From NCBI GenBank assembly GCA_001600815.1, contig BCKZ01000008.1, positions 62,001-126,000 of the forward strand: a stretch of DNA of 64,000 nucleotides, in the 5' to 3' direction. Source of the stretch: Alloascoidea hylecoeti. Lineage: Eukaryota. Positions 1 through 13,400 of the stretch are shown piece after piece (the stretch's first letter is position 1; each line of letters begins with the position of its first letter). The notes beneath the pieces were generated by a model, which searched no databases, had not been told where the DNA came from, and saw nothing but the letters and a program-made list of their open reading frames with translations. The position numbers and the translations under genes are program-made.

Positions 1-1607
1 CCCAAAAATAATAAACAAAAATTCTTCATAATATAAATCTCTGCTCCTTATGTAAGTTAAGTTTAAAATGCGATTCGCGTATATTGTTACGGTGCTGCAT
101 CAGATTACGCAGCAGTTCCATTTTTAAGAGAATCCTAATATAAGTAAAAGCCTTATAAGCAATCCACAAACGCAACTATTGAACTAAATATTCGACCATG
201 AGATGCACCAACTAATTCTTTATACCTACTGCCACAATGATAATTCTACCGTAGACTCGCTCTAGCGATTTAGGAAAACTTAAAGCTTATGAGGGCGGCA
301 CAGGAGAACCAGAAGTGCGAGATTAAAGGTCTAAAGGCCTAAGTAATCGACATAGTTATATCATATGCTTCGTACGGCTTATAGTATAGGATGTTTAACG
401 AGGTACCATGCTGAATCCGTGGCTGTGACCTGGTGTACCAAGCACATCTTCAAATTTATGTGATGTCACACACAAATATATATATATATAAAGATCTAGC
501 TTATAGTTAGAGTAGTCGCAATGAGTGTTAAGAGAACAATCACAAAAGAAATATAATTAATTAATAATTATAATAGTTTTATCACTTACATACAGTGTAT
601 GTATCCTTTAATTGGATGTTAATGTCCTTAATTGTTGTTGGAAGTATTCACTCTTTAATCAGTCAAGTGATTATTAATCCCATTTTAAAGCGCTCCATGG
701 ATCTAGACTTATAACATGTAATCATAGATGAGCTATATTTAGCTACAAAGTTAAATTAATATGGATTACCATTCTTAGTTATAAGCTTAAACTTAATGCT
801 AACTTAGTTGTATAATAACTTATTTTAGTAGTAGTTTAGTAGTTTATATTAGATTTTAATTGGCCTGAGTTCAGATTCTCAAGTTTTCAATTGCTTTATC
901 CACCTTTATAATATATTGATTCTAGTCTTCGACATTCCATTTTATATATTTAGTGTTATCCCATTTAACTCTTGATCTGTGGCTAATGATTCTAATATTA
1001 AGTCATACAACTTTAGATACATGCTATTATGATGTTGCAGATGGAGTTACAATTCCAGTTAATCGCCATGTTCAATCTTAATACAATCAATCATTTGTTA
1101 ATATTGTCATTTCATCCGCTACGTATATTTGTTTTAATTAGCCTAAGCGCCGGTGTTGATGTTTTTTTTCAATTGTTCTATGCTCATTTAATAATATTGA
1201 TTATAATCTTCAACATTCCACCTCAAAGTGCTCTATAGATCTAGTGCTATGTCATGTAACTATAGGTATATGTATGTAGACGAAGTTATAAATTCGGTTC
1301 ATTGCTATTTCTGAATACCTTTAATTATAAGCATAATCATTTGTGTAACCTTAATCATAAATGTAAACATCATCATCGATTCATCATATTCATAAGCATC
1401 ATATATCTTCTACTCAAGAATTAACTATAGAATATATTATACACACACTAGAATTTAAAGAATGTTTTGTCTCTACCTACCGCTATCATATCTGGGAATT
1501 AGTAGTTCATTACATTTCTCCACCATATAATACAAAAACATATACCCATAGCTAAACCTGGAGTTATTAGAAAAGATATTTTTTAATATCAATATTTTAG
1601 TTATGGC

Positions 1608-1831
1608 TATACAACAAAACTCCTAATTATTGTGGTGGTAATTGGGTGATGATAATGAAGACTATTAGCTCCCCAAAAAATGAAATTCGTGTCATATGAC
1701 CGTATCTGTAATGATTTTAATCTGCATCGAAGTGCACTATCATATGACACGAATTTCATTTTTTGGGGAGCTAATAGTCTTTATTATCACCACTTAATTA
1801 CTACTACAATAATTAGGAGTTTTGTTGTATA
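1608..1831. mobile_element. MITE-like element (Tc1/mariner-type ends): 92-bp inverted arms, 40-bp spacer
   Basis: 1608-1699 is the reverse complement of 1740-1831 with 6 mismatches. Ends read TA|CAAC...GTTG|TA (TA at 1610-1611 and 1828-1829). No coding capacity. Confidence 0.75.
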
Positions 1832-3094
1832 TTGCTTGCTAATGGCTGTACCTTACATCGTACGTGTACTATAGCTTTTAATATACGTTTACTAATCCTG
1901 CCAGCTGGATGACAAATCTGATGGATTTTCAAAATATATGATCATTTAGAATGAACCAGGGTCTAGAGGAAACAATCTAAAAATAAGGGGTAGTTTTAAT
2001 ATCACACATTATAACATCTTTAAAATGTTTATCTTTTACTTACATGACAAGGCTATAATGCATAATCTTACTAAAGAATAACTCAGCACCTAATATAATA
2101 GCTATACTTCATTTGAAAATCTAAAACTTAATTCCTTAAGATATTCTATAATCATCTATTCTTATCTATAATACCGTTATCCTTATATAAGTATTGATTT
2201 AAAATATATTATTGGCATACTTTTTGCTTAACCTCCAAACAATTGAGAATTTTTGCTTAAAATTTGACTTTCAGCATATGTAAGTCTAATAATAAATAAA
2301 ATGCTCCAATAATTCCATTGAATGTTTAGTATAAGTTTGTGTCTCCAGAATTCAACACAAATACACACGACAGATATTAATATTACTGTTAAAGCCTAGA
2401 TTTTAACTACTGGTAAAGATAAAATATTAATCACTTTTACACGATGGATGATATGATAATTTACCTAATTGTTCTAGATTTGTGTTTATACTATATTATA
2501 GTCTTGGGTTCATAGTTAGTTGAGTTTATTTTTTGTTTGTTACGTTATAAAAGCGCCCTCGTTCGAACTTTATTATAAATATATACATCACGACTTGTGT
2601 ACCTGACTGAGCATATAGTTAGATCCTAATGTAGAAATGTTAAACTACACCTCCTAAGAGCCTAATTTGAAGAATATACACTCTTTTATTATGGAGACAT
2701 TTTGTTCCGGTTGCTTCTTAATTTTTAACCTTATACTCAACATAAGATAATTTTTAGCCGCTGGTACACGTGGATCGATATCTATAAACCTCACATATGT
2801 AAAAATATAACTGGCTTTTCCTACCAAAAGATTTGTGAAGTATAATGAGCGCTATTTATAAATATTGCTCATTTAAGCTCATACACGATGCACCATATAA
2901 CACTATTTAGCAATTGAAATCTTTAACTGTCAGATGAATATAATTTAGAACGATAATAACAAATAAATTAATATCTCAATTGAAGCAGGAAAAGATATAT
3001 AATTGTGAAGTTCCCTGTTATGTTTCTATTTTTAATTTAATAAATCATTATTTCATTTTTTTAAAATTATCTCTTTGTTTTATAATTTTGAACC

Positions 3095-5077
3095 ATGATT
3101 ATAATTAATATAAAAGTTATGCACTCGATAGTTTATTTGTTTTCTATCACTTTCCCATCATTAGTAAATGCTGCAGGTGGTATTAGTTTTGATATTTCAA
3201 GAACAAAAATACCAACAGAAGACACCGTCATTCCAATTACAAATCCTTATAGTTATGATGTTGTCTACAAAAGGCAATATCAAGAATATCATCTTGAGAA
3301 TGAAAAATATTTCTATATGATCCAGTTTAAGCTGGGTACACCTGCCCAGGAAACTATTGGTGTCACGATAGATACTGGTTCATCTGATTTATGGGTTTCT
3401 TCTAAGAGCAGTGCACTTTGTGAAAAAGTCGGATGCGAGGCATATGGAACTTTTGATTCTGATGCTTCATCCACGTGGAAATACAATAATTCAGAATTCT
3501 CAATTACATATGCTGATAAGACTTATGCAAAAGGTGATTGGGGTATGGATACAATTCATATTGGTGATATATCTGTCCCAAATTTCAATTTCGCACTAGC
3601 TACTGATTCTGACTCTTCATTTGGTGTCTTTGGTATTGGTTTTAGTACTCTTGAATCATCTCCCAATCCATATATTAATTTTCCTGGTGCTTTAGTTGCT
3701 AAGGGTCTTACAAATTCACAGGCATACTCCTTGTTTTTAAATTCAAAGGAAGCCGATTCTGGAACTATATTATTTGGAGCTGTTGATCATTCAAAATACA
3801 CTGGTTCTTTAACTACCATCCCTATTATTAGTAAATACAGAACATCTGTTCATTTAACTGGACTTTCATATTCTAATGATGATGATGATGGTGATAAAGA
3901 TTTATATGTGGGTAATGATGCGGGTGCGAAAAATGATGGATTTCTAACTGATGATGGTCTTTATGCTCTTCTTGACTCTGGAACTACACTTAGCATGTTA
4001 CCCGAAGGTTTTGTTCATAAAATTGGAAAAACATTTGATGCTACATTTGATGATGGTAGTGGTTTATATTTAATGTCATGCAATAGCGATGAAAGTCAAA
4101 TAATTGATTTTAAGTTTTCATGTATAACCATCAAAGCTCCACTCAGTAATTTTCTTGAGTCTGCTTATCTCGATGACGGAACAGCAGCTTTCTTACCTAA
4201 TGGCGAGCCTATGTGTTTTCTTGCTTTTATTCCAACATCTGATATACCGATTTTAGGAGACTCATTCTTAAGAGCTGCTTATGTTGTATTCGATTTAGAT
4301 AATCACCAAGTTTCAATAGCTCAGGCTGCACTAGACCCTTCCAGCACTAGTGACATTGAAGAGATTCAGGTAGGGCCCGATGGAGTTCCTAAAACTAGTA
4401 AATGTGGCGTTACCTCTTCTTTTTTTGATTTATCCTTTTTTACTAGTTTATTTCACATACCATCACCTTCATCATCATCTGATTCATCTTCATTACCTAC
4501 ACCTCTATCACTATCTGGTAATAGTTTCCACGAAGTTGGTTTACCATCTAGTGAACAAGTACTTCCTATAGATTTAACCACTACAGAATTCAGCGAAAGT
4601 ACCTTAACTGAAACTATATGTACTCGTGATGAGTGTACTGACAACTCTTATTCCACAACCATAGAACCTACATCTGTTTCAATTGAAACTATCTCCACAA
4701 CAATAATAACTTTTTCATGTGAAACCCATATAAATGAATATACTACTGAAGTCATTACAATTAGCTTCACTACAGTTGTTCCTTGTTCAACAAGTTCTAT
4801 AGAAACTGTTGAACCTCAAGTCCTAACACAGGTTAAAGCATCTACAATTGCAATTGCAACCTCAACGTTGAAATCAACATTAGAATCAACATTGGAAGCA
4901 ACATCGACACCAACATTGAAACCAACAGTAGTAACTAGTATAACCCCACCAAAAATAACGACACCAACAGTGCCTACCACTCCAAACATTGCAAACTCTC
5001 TTAACTCACTTTTGCCATCATCTGTACATATTGGGATAGCTATTATTCTTTTTACACCTTTTTTAACTTTTATATAA
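3095..5077 (+). CDS. Yapsin-like secreted, probably GPI-anchored aspartic protease (pepsin family A1)
   Basis: Hydrophobic N-terminus, KR site before the mature domain, catalytic DTGSSDLWV and DSGTTL motifs, ILGDSFLR motif, Ser/Thr-rich stalk and hydrophobic C-terminal tail. The start may be the second ATG (3119). Confidence 0.9.
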   Translation: MIIINIKVMHSIVYLFSITFPSLVNAAGGISFDISRTKIPTEDTVIPITNPYSYDVVYKRQYQEYHLENEKYFYMIQFKLGTPAQETIGVTIDTGSSDLWVSSKSSALCEKVGCEAYGTFDSDASSTWKYNNSEFSITYADKTYAKGDWGMDTIHIGDISVPNFNFALATDSDSSFGVFGIGFSTLESSPNPYINFPGALVAKGLTNSQAYSLFLNSKEADSGTILFGAVDHSKYTGSLTTIPIISKYRTSVHLTGLSYSNDDDDGDKDLYVGNDAGAKNDGFLTDDGLYALLDSGTTLSMLPEGFVHKIGKTFDATFDDGSGLYLMSCNSDESQIIDFKFSCITIKAPLSNFLESAYLDDGTAAFLPNGEPMCFLAFIPTSDIPILGDSFLRAAYVVFDLDNHQVSIAQAALDPSSTSDIEEIQVGPDGVPKTSKCGVTSSFFDLSFFTSLFHIPSPSSSSDSSSLPTPLSLSGNSFHEVGLPSSEQVLPIDLTTTEFSESTLTETICTRDECTDNSYSTTIEPTSVSIETISTTIITFSCETHINEYTTEVITISFTTVVPCSTSSIETVEPQVLTQVKASTIAIATSTLKSTLESTLEATSTPTLKPTVVTSITPPKITTPTVPTTPNIANSLNSLLPSSVHIGIAIILFTPFLTFI

Positions 5078-5411
5078 ATTAAATACTAAAATATATATAC
5101 ATCATCTGATAAAACTTATAAATTAGAGACCATTAGATATTTACTCATATTATCGTGTGTCATCAATTACAAACTACCTCTTTTGTTACTCAGGTTTAAT
5201 AAATATTCTTACAGTCACTCCACTTAATTTAAGCAATTCTACTTACCAAAATATCGGCATATCGAATACCCCATTAACTAGCGTAACCTGTTAATATGCA
5301 GGATGAAACAACTTCGAGCGCCAAACTCGAAAATTAGTTATGGTCATGTCTGACAATTCATAATCAATTTGGCCTAAATTAAGTGACATCACTGTTGTGT
5401 TGCAATTGACT

Positions 5412-5418
5412 TCACGTG
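5412..5418 (+). promoter_or_regulatory. Cbf1-type site TCACGTG in the CYS4 promoter
   Basis: Exact TCACGTG about 100 bp upstream of the CYS4 ATG. Cbf1 sites are typical of yeast sulfur-pathway promoters. Confidence 0.5.
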
Positions 5419-5520
5419 CATAGACATGTGATGCACTCACAAAAATTGCACCATTGTAATTATTTAACAAGGGATCTTCTTCAACTTTGACTCCATCACT
5501 ATTATTTTTACACTTTCATT

Positions 5521-7160
5521 ATGAGTAATCGACAAACACCTCCTTTGGTTCATGATGCCATTGACTTAATTGGGGAGACCCCAATGGTCACCCTTAACAA
5601 AATCCCCCAATCTTTGGGTATTAAAGCTAAAGTTTGTAAGTATTATAATACTAGTTGACTTTGAATGTTTTTCATTATTAATATTCCATTAGTGGCCAAA
5701 TTAGAATATTTCAATGCCGGTGGATCTGTTAAAGATCGTATAGCTAAAAGAATGGTGGAAGAGGCCGAGAAATCAGGCAGGATCAAACCTGGTTATACAT
5801 TGATTGAGCCAACATCTGGTAATACGTAAGCATAATACAAATACAATTATTAATCCAACTTGACTCTAATACCAATTTTACATATAGCGGTATTGGACTT
5901 GCACTTCTTGGTGCAGTTAAAGGTTATAGAACCATTATTACCTTACCAGAGAAGATGTCAAATGAGAAAGTATCAGTTTTAAAAGCATTAGGAGCAGAAA
6001 TTGTTAGAACTCCAACAGAAGCTGCGTGGGATTCACCAGAATCTCATATTGGAGTTGCAAAAAGATTAGAAAAAGAAATTCCAAATGCTGTTATTCTTGA
6101 TCAATATAGTAATCCTGATAATCCATTAGCTCATGAATTTGGAACTGGTGAAGAAATTTGGAATCAAGCTGGTGGTAAAATTACTGCTTTTGTTGCTGGT
6201 GCAGGAACTGGTGGTACAATTACTGGTATTGCAAGAGCATTAAAGAAACATGATCCAAAAATTAAAATTGTTGGTGCTGATCCAAAGGGTTCCATTTTGG
6301 CAGTACCTGAATCATTAAATGATTCCGTTGAATCTTATAAAGTTGAAGGTATTGGTTATGATTTTATTCCAGATGTTTTAAGCCGTGATATTATTGATGA
6401 ATGGATTAAAACCGAAGATAGAGAATCTTTCTTATTAGCACGAAGATTAATTAGAGAAGAAGGATTATTGGTTGGAGGTAGTAGCGGTAGTGCTCTTGCT
6501 GCTGCATTACAGGTTGCAAAAGGATTAACTGAAGAAGATGTTGTTGTTGTCATTTTCCCAGATAGTTTAAGATCATATCTTAGTAAATTTGTAGATGATG
6601 ATTGGTTAAAGAATAATGGATTCTTTGATGAACAAACAATTTCTGAACAAAGTGAAAAAAAGACAAGATATAAAGGAGCAACAATTGCAGATTTAAATTT
6701 AAAACCTGTTGTTACAATTAAAACAAGTTCAAAACTTTCAGAAGCAATTAAAATTTTAAAAGATAATGGATTTGATCAATTACCTGTTTTAAATGATAAT
6801 CAAAAATTAGTTGGAATTGTTACATTGGGTAATTTACTTTCTTATATTTCAAGAGGTAGAGCCAAAGTTGAAGATCCTGTTGAATCAATTTTTATTGATT
6901 TTAGAAAATTACCTGATTTTGTTTCATCAAATGATTCAAATAATTTTGATTCAATTAAAACACCAAAGGCAACTAATCAAAGAAAGAGAACATTTGCCGA
7001 AATTACTGTTGAAACTCCATTATCTGCTTTAAATCGTTTCTTTGAACATAATTCTGCTGCTGTTGTTACAGAAAGAACTGGTGATTCTGTTAAACCTGTT
7101 CATGTTGTTACAAAAGTTGATCTTCTTTCATTTGTTGCTGCAAATGGAGGATTTGAATAA
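5521..7160 (+). CDS. CYS4: Cystathionine beta-synthase; exons 5521-5635, 5693-5825, 5888-7160
   Basis: Removing introns 5636-5692 (GTAAGT..TAG) and 5826-5887 (GTAAGC..TAG) gives [30 protein letters not shown] (PLP lysine)..EPTSGNTGIGLA in frame with the 5955-7160 ORF. That ORF has GAGTGGT and a C-terminal CBS-domain pair. Confidence 0.95.
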
Positions 7161-7392
7161 ATCTTTATTAATTATTTGAAATGTTTTTTCTTGTTTATAT
7201 AAATCCTTGACATTCATAGATAAGTAAGTAAACATATTGATCATGATATTGACTATTTAGTGAATATAAAATTAAATTATACTTAATTTTTAATCAGCCC
7301 AATATGGTGTGTAATTTACATACTGTAAGTACTTTACAGCACAGTTGTAAATTCTCTTAACCATCCACCAAGTTTATTATCAAAGGAAGAGT

Positions 7393-8310
7393 ATGACAGA
7401 TAGAAAACCAGGAAGGGTTATTTATATAGGTAGCATACCATATGATCAGACAGAAGAACAGATATCAGATATAGCTTCATCAGTTGGACCGATAGCCAGA
7501 CTTAAACTAATATTTGATAAAGATACGGGGAAATCCAAAGGATATGCATTTGTTGAATATCATGATTCAGAAACTGCGGCATCAGCAGTACGAAATTTAA
7601 ACAATTATCAAATTGGAAATAGAACATTAAAAGTTGATTTTAGTTTTGAAACATCTATTGGACCAAACATTTTAACATCTACAGCTGGGAATAATAATGT
7701 TATTCATAATAATACTGTTCATAATAACAAATCTCAAATTCAAAATCAAATTCAAAATTTAAATTTAGGAACAAATCAAACAATTCCATTATTGCCACCT
7801 GGTAAAACTTTACCGCGTAATGCCACTCCTGCTGTTGAAATAACAGCAACATTAGATTCATTGCCTAAAACTAGGATTGCAAATATTATACTATCGAGTC
7901 ATAGGATGGCGAAGTCAAATCCATTGTTGACTGAGCAATTGTTAACTCAGTGCCCACAATTATCTTATTCAATCGTACAGAGTCTTTTGATGTTGAATCT
8001 AGTCGATGAAAGATCAATAGGAGATATATTAAACACAAACTTTAAACAAAATATTTCTCATGAACAAGAACAACCTCCGCCTCCTCCAATGGCTAGTGCT
8101 CCTGTTCCTGTTCATGTTCCGGCTCCGGCTCCTGTTTCAGCTCCAGCTCCAGCACGTTCCTCTGCCCCTGTAATTGATGAAGGACAGGCTGCTTTATTGA
8201 GACAAGTTTTGGAATTAACAGATACCCAGATAAGTTCTCTTCCTCAGGACCAACAAAATACTATCAGGGAACTAAAGAATAAAATCCAAAGGGGTGAAAT
8301 AGTAATTTAG
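7393..8310 (+). CDS. RNA15: mRNA 3'-end cleavage factor CF IA subunit (CstF-64 family)
   Basis: N-terminal RRM (IYIGSIPYDQTEEQI..SKGYAFVEY), hinge domain (CPQLSYSIVQSLL) and CSTF C-terminal motif (LLRQVLELTDTQISSLP). Confidence 0.9.
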   Translation: MTDRKPGRVIYIGSIPYDQTEEQISDIASSVGPIARLKLIFDKDTGKSKGYAFVEYHDSETAASAVRNLNNYQIGNRTLKVDFSFETSIGPNILTSTAGNNNVIHNNTVHNNKSQIQNQIQNLNLGTNQTIPLLPPGKTLPRNATPAVEITATLDSLPKTRIANIILSSHRMAKSNPLLTEQLLTQCPQLSYSIVQSLLMLNLVDERSIGDILNTNFKQNISHEQEQPPPPPMASAPVPVHVPAPAPVSAPAPARSSAPVIDEGQAALLRQVLELTDTQISSLPQDQQNTIRELKNKIQRGEIVI

Positions 8311-8693
8311 ATTCTCCCAATATAAAACACTATGAATATAATTTTGTCATACAGAAAATTGTTATATAATTCCTAATGTTATCCATATCCATGTGCATGT
8401 TTTTAACAACTGTATTTTTTGTATATTGTTAACATGTACACTCGAATCTTCTACACATAAATATGATGAATAAATTATAATGTATTAATATTTTATGTTT
8501 CTGTTGTTTTGGTGGTCTCAGGACTCCAGAGCCCCCAAGCCTTCATTATTAATTACTAATCAATATGACCACAGAAGATTCTGGATAAGGTCATTGCATG
8601 ACGTGCCCGGCATTTTGCTATAAACTCCACAAAAACTCCCATTTCTTTTCTTTCATCAATCTTTTACTTTAAATTTTTATATTTCTGAAATAG

Positions 8694-9983
8694 ATGAGTT
8701 CAAATACAGATAATTCTCAAAATAGTCCTACTGGTCCCACCAACACTCCTACTAGCGAAAGTGAAGTTCCATCAAGATCTTTCGTTATCTCTTACACGAT
8801 TACACCATTTGGTCCATGGTCATCAACAACTACGGGTGATAATAGAGAACAAACAATAAATGTTGAGACACCCAACAATGATAACCATACAACTGATGTT
8901 CGTCCTCGTATCATTTACTTTACTCCTCCAGTTATCAATATTACAGGACCCGTTGATGATATAGCTTATTTCTGGGGATCCCCTATATCAGTTGAGAAAC
9001 AGAATAAGAATGCTTCTAAACGTGCTATTGAAAGTTTAAAACATCTTAATCTCGATGAAATCCCCGAATCTAATAGGAATTGTTCAATATGTTTAGATTG
9101 TTTAAAACCTTCACCAATCGAAAAGAATGTTACCGTTGAAACTGACGATATGGATATTGATACTGACAAAGAACATATTACTACAAGCGCTATGGATGAT
9201 CCACCAATATCGATACCCGAAGCCCTTGAAACAGACGGAATTGATAAGGAACTAGGAGAAGATAAAAATAAAGACCATTCTCCTTTACAAATGCCTTGTG
9301 GACATTATTTTGGTGATTGTTGTATAAAAGAATGGTTAAAGGAATCAAGTACATGTCCAATGTGTAGAAAACCAATTGAAAGCGAAATGGAATTTCTAAA
9401 AAGTTCTCAAAAAGAAACAAACAATAATAACCCTAATCATACTAATAATGATAATGCTGAAAATAATAATACTTCAGAAGCAACATCAACTCCCCAAAAT
9501 ATATATGCAAATTATGATCCATTTTTATTTTATACTTTACCGAATATTGCACAATTCTTTAATAGTTTATCAAGATCAGAACCTTTAAACCAACATCAGT
9601 CAAATGATCAAGAACATTCAGAAAATCAAAATCAGGAACATTTAGAACAACGAGTTGATCACGAGCCTTCTACTACTACACCAAATCCAGAACAATCACA
9701 AAGTGAACATAATGAACAACCTCAAAACATCTCTACCAATGATCAGAATTCGTCATCTGATGCACAAGAGATCTCTATTGAAACATCACACAATTCTGAT
9801 ATAATACAGGATCCTTCAATTTCTGTTCCTGAGGAATCTGAACAAGTTAGACAACAAAGTTCATCTCATAGTGGTGGACCTTCAAGAAGAGACTACTCTT
9901 TGAGAAATAACAGGTCTCATCCCTATTCAAGATCTAATCAAGATGATAATTCAAATGAACCTACGGAGGATTCTCTTGATTGA
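8694..9983 (+). CDS. SAN1: Nuclear protein-quality-control RING E3 ligase, San1-like
   Basis: Split RING: CSIC, a long acidic insertion, then HSPLQMPCGHYFG..CIKEW..TCPMCR. Flanks are low-complexity and disordered, as in San1. Confidence 0.7.
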   Translation: MSSNTDNSQNSPTGPTNTPTSESEVPSRSFVISYTITPFGPWSSTTTGDNREQTINVETPNNDNHTTDVRPRIIYFTPPVINITGPVDDIAYFWGSPISVEKQNKNASKRAIESLKHLNLDEIPESNRNCSICLDCLKPSPIEKNVTVETDDMDIDTDKEHITTSAMDDPPISIPEALETDGIDKELGEDKNKDHSPLQMPCGHYFGDCCIKEWLKESSTCPMCRKPIESEMEFLKSSQKETNNNNPNHTNNDNAENNNTSEATSTPQNIYANYDPFLFYTLPNIAQFFNSLSRSEPLNQHQSNDQEHSENQNQEHLEQRVDHEPSTTTPNPEQSQSEHNEQPQNISTNDQNSSSDAQEISIETSHNSDIIQDPSISVPEESEQVRQQSSSHSGGPSRRDYSLRNNRSHPYSRSNQDDNSNEPTEDSLD

Positions 9984-10428
9984 AACTTAAACTAATAAAG
10001 AACATGTTTATTTATAAGCTTTTACGCTTACTTTTTCTTTCTTTCTTTTTCATGTCAATACTATTGATTTATAGTTAATTTTTATATTTAGTTGGAATGG
10101 AGAATGATTGTTTTGTTGGGATGTTTTTCTTCTATTTTCGTTTTATTTGATTTTGTATTTTTGTAATTGCTATTGCTATTGGTTTTGTTTTGTATTGTTA
10201 ATAGATTTTTCACAACAATTTGCATATATGGAGTTAAAGTTATGTTATAATTATAAGTCATATATTATTATATACATAAAGACAAATTTTATATTTTTAT
10301 ATTTTTATATTATACTGCATATTTATTGAGCATTATATGTTGGATATCCACTCTTTAATATATATACTCGAGCTTGTATCTTATAATTAAGATATTTTTA
10401 CATTTTGCTTTAATTAGTAATAACAATT

Positions 10429-13400
10429 CTATTGTAAATTAAGAATTGTTTCCGCTAAATTCCTAGAAAATAAAGCAGGGAATTCATGTTGTAACCATAA
10501 TTGACGAAGTTTTTCATATTTCTTTTCACTTAAATAAAGTAAATGATCAGATCTTAAATTTCCATGATCACCATGAGAATTTAAATAAGGTCCAGGTATT
10601 TTAATTCTTAAATTTGATACACCACATCTTATAAAAATTAAATCTGTTTTGGGAACAAAATGAATTCCATATTCAGATTTAAAATTTGGATGTACAGAAT
10701 AACCACCTTCATCAACTCTTTTATCAATAAATTCTAATTTTTCTCCAGTTTGTAAACAAATTGAAAAATCTCTTTCTGGATCATGAATTAACTCTTTTTC
10801 TTGTTCTGTTGAAATTCTAAATTGTTTTGAAAGATAAAAATCTAACCTTTTTTGTAATGGAACTAATCTGTACATTCCAGGATATTCAACTCGAATTTGA
10901 TCAACATCATAATCTAGAACTTTTGAAAATCCTTCATTATCAGTATCTGATGACCCATTTGTAAATTCCTCAAGAATATGGGAAATAACTTGTGATATAC
11001 GGGGCATTTGTAGAATTTTACATAATATATCACCTTCCATATCATCAAGGTCAAGTTTTAAAATCTCTTTATTCCAAGTTTCTGAACATTGAGCATAAGC
11101 AAAAATCGCAGCTTGTCGTAAATATTGAGTTGCTGATTTATAAAGTAATTTATAAAACACTTTAAAAAAATTTGGTGTTTTCAATTTATCGCTTATAAAT
11201 TTAAATTCAGAATCTGTTGATTTATTAGGTTCATATTTTAAAAAAATATTAATTAATTTTGAAATATCATCTTCATTATAATCTGGAAAATCATCAATAT
11301 TAACAGGAATATCTGAAATTGTTGCATCTAAATAAAAATATGATACATTATAAGGTTCTGTGAATAAATGAATAAAGAAACGACCTGTTCGAACAATATC
11401 AATATTTAAATAAAACTGACATAATGTTTGAAAATTTCCAACAGTATTGAAATAATCCTGCACTAAGGAATCAAATGGATTTTCACTTAATATCAAACTA
11501 AAAGCACCTTTATTAGTTGAACCATGAGAATGAAGATCAATCACTAATTTATAATTTGTCATTGCTTGTAAAATCTTAAGTTTACTACCTGTAAGATTAT
11601 CAGTTAATACCCCTGTCCCCATAAAAGATCTTGGTCTACCTCTTAATGAAATTTCAATTGATCGGATAGTATTTGAAATATATTCAACGATCTTATCACG
11701 ATCACCAAGAATATCCTTTGAAACTATCGAATGTGTAAATTTTTCATTTCGAGAATAAAAATTCCTCCTTTCTAAATCAGATGCTCCTTCTGGTACAGAT
11801 GATTCAAGCATTTTTGGGAGTTTCCCAAGACAAGATTGTAATTTTGATTTTCTTAAGGAAATATCTCCAACAAATTGATTAGTTGTATCAAACCCAGAAT
11901 TCCAATCTTCATTTTCCTTCCTACCAGTAATAGTTTCAAAATCAACAACGCTATTAACGTTAAAAATGGGAATAAATTTAGTTGCCAATGCCTTACATAA
12001 AGGACATGATATAATTGGTTGAGGATCTGTTACAAATCGTCTCAGGCACCAGTTCATTGGATCTGAATTGTTTTGATAATAATCTTGGAAACATTTAAAG
12101 TGCATACCATGACCACATCCAGTGACTATGCTTTGGGGTGAGGGTTTAACATTATCTTTGTGATTCTCGATTGGGAACCCTGGGTTTTGCGATTTTTTTT
12201 CCTTCATTAATTTTGTCCTAACTTCTTGCCATGCAGAATTTCCAACCGTATCGTCAATTTCACAATCTATATCACAGTCAAGATCGGCTGAATGACCATA
12301 TCCTTCAAATATCCAATAACCTTCATCATTCATTGGGATATTTTTATGCAGATAAGTATCCATAGCATAAACAACAACACCAAATAAATCATCATCATTA
12401 GGAGGATTCTTACAGACAATACATTCCCCAATAGAATCCAAAAGAGTTCCATTTCCATCTTCCCCAGAAGCCATATCTTCATCATCATCATCAACATTAT
12501 TATTATTATCCAAAAAAGCTTTTTGCATATTTGAAAACTTTTCCATCACTTTTCTTCTTTGTTCTTCACCAATTCTTTTACGTTTACTGACCTCATCCAA
12601 TCCATCCGAGTTATGGACAGATGATAGACCATTCGTTTTTAATGCAATCCGTAAGTTCTCGACACTAGCATGATCAGAACTTTCAAGTAATGCCTTCACA
12701 ATGGTTTTAAATTTGAGTTGATAGGATCTGTAAGTGTCTTTTTTTATGACAGACATAAAAACATCTAAAACAGTATCTTTTTCGGTGTACTTAGTCATGA
12801 ATTGTGAAACTATGCTTTGATATCCATGATCCCGTTTCCAATACTCATCTTCAATCGCTGCTATATGACAGAATTCTAAAATGTAACCAAAGAGCCCTGT
12901 TGTGAGGAGTATTTCTTCCTCGTCATAAGTCAATACTTTCACGATAAATCTCCATATTTCTTCAAATCGCGTAAAAGTAAGAAGATCTTCATAAGGTCCA
13001 TCTTTAAGTGGAAGTAATTTAGGAGTCAATACAATTTCAGATTCTTTCACAAGTTTCTTTTTAGCTAGATATGATGTTTTTAAACCCAATGCTTTTTCTG
13101 TATTAGATTGTGAATTTGTAATGGAGTAAGGATCAATTTGTTCAAAATATTTTGGTTTCAATTTAAAAACTCCTACATCTGAAATTCCAGTTGGATCTAT
13201 ATAATTTGTAATTTCTTGAAGTACTTCATCGTGTTCTTTCAATTTGCTGAGCTGATTATCAATTTCATCATCAAGATCAGAATAAGATAAAGGCTTATGA
13301 CACAGGACATTTATCAGAGCACGTTTCAAAAGATATTTATTTTTCTCATCTGTATCTCTAAAATATAAATTTGGCCTTTCATATATCAAGTTTAACAAAA

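Noticed and set aside
85..474. Possible solo LTR (TGTTAC...TCACA)
   Set aside because: End and TSD are ambiguous within AT/CA repeats, and there is no second copy in the window.
7313..7353. Small hairpin upstream of RNA15
   Set aside because: Short, AT-rich and imperfect; compatible with chance.
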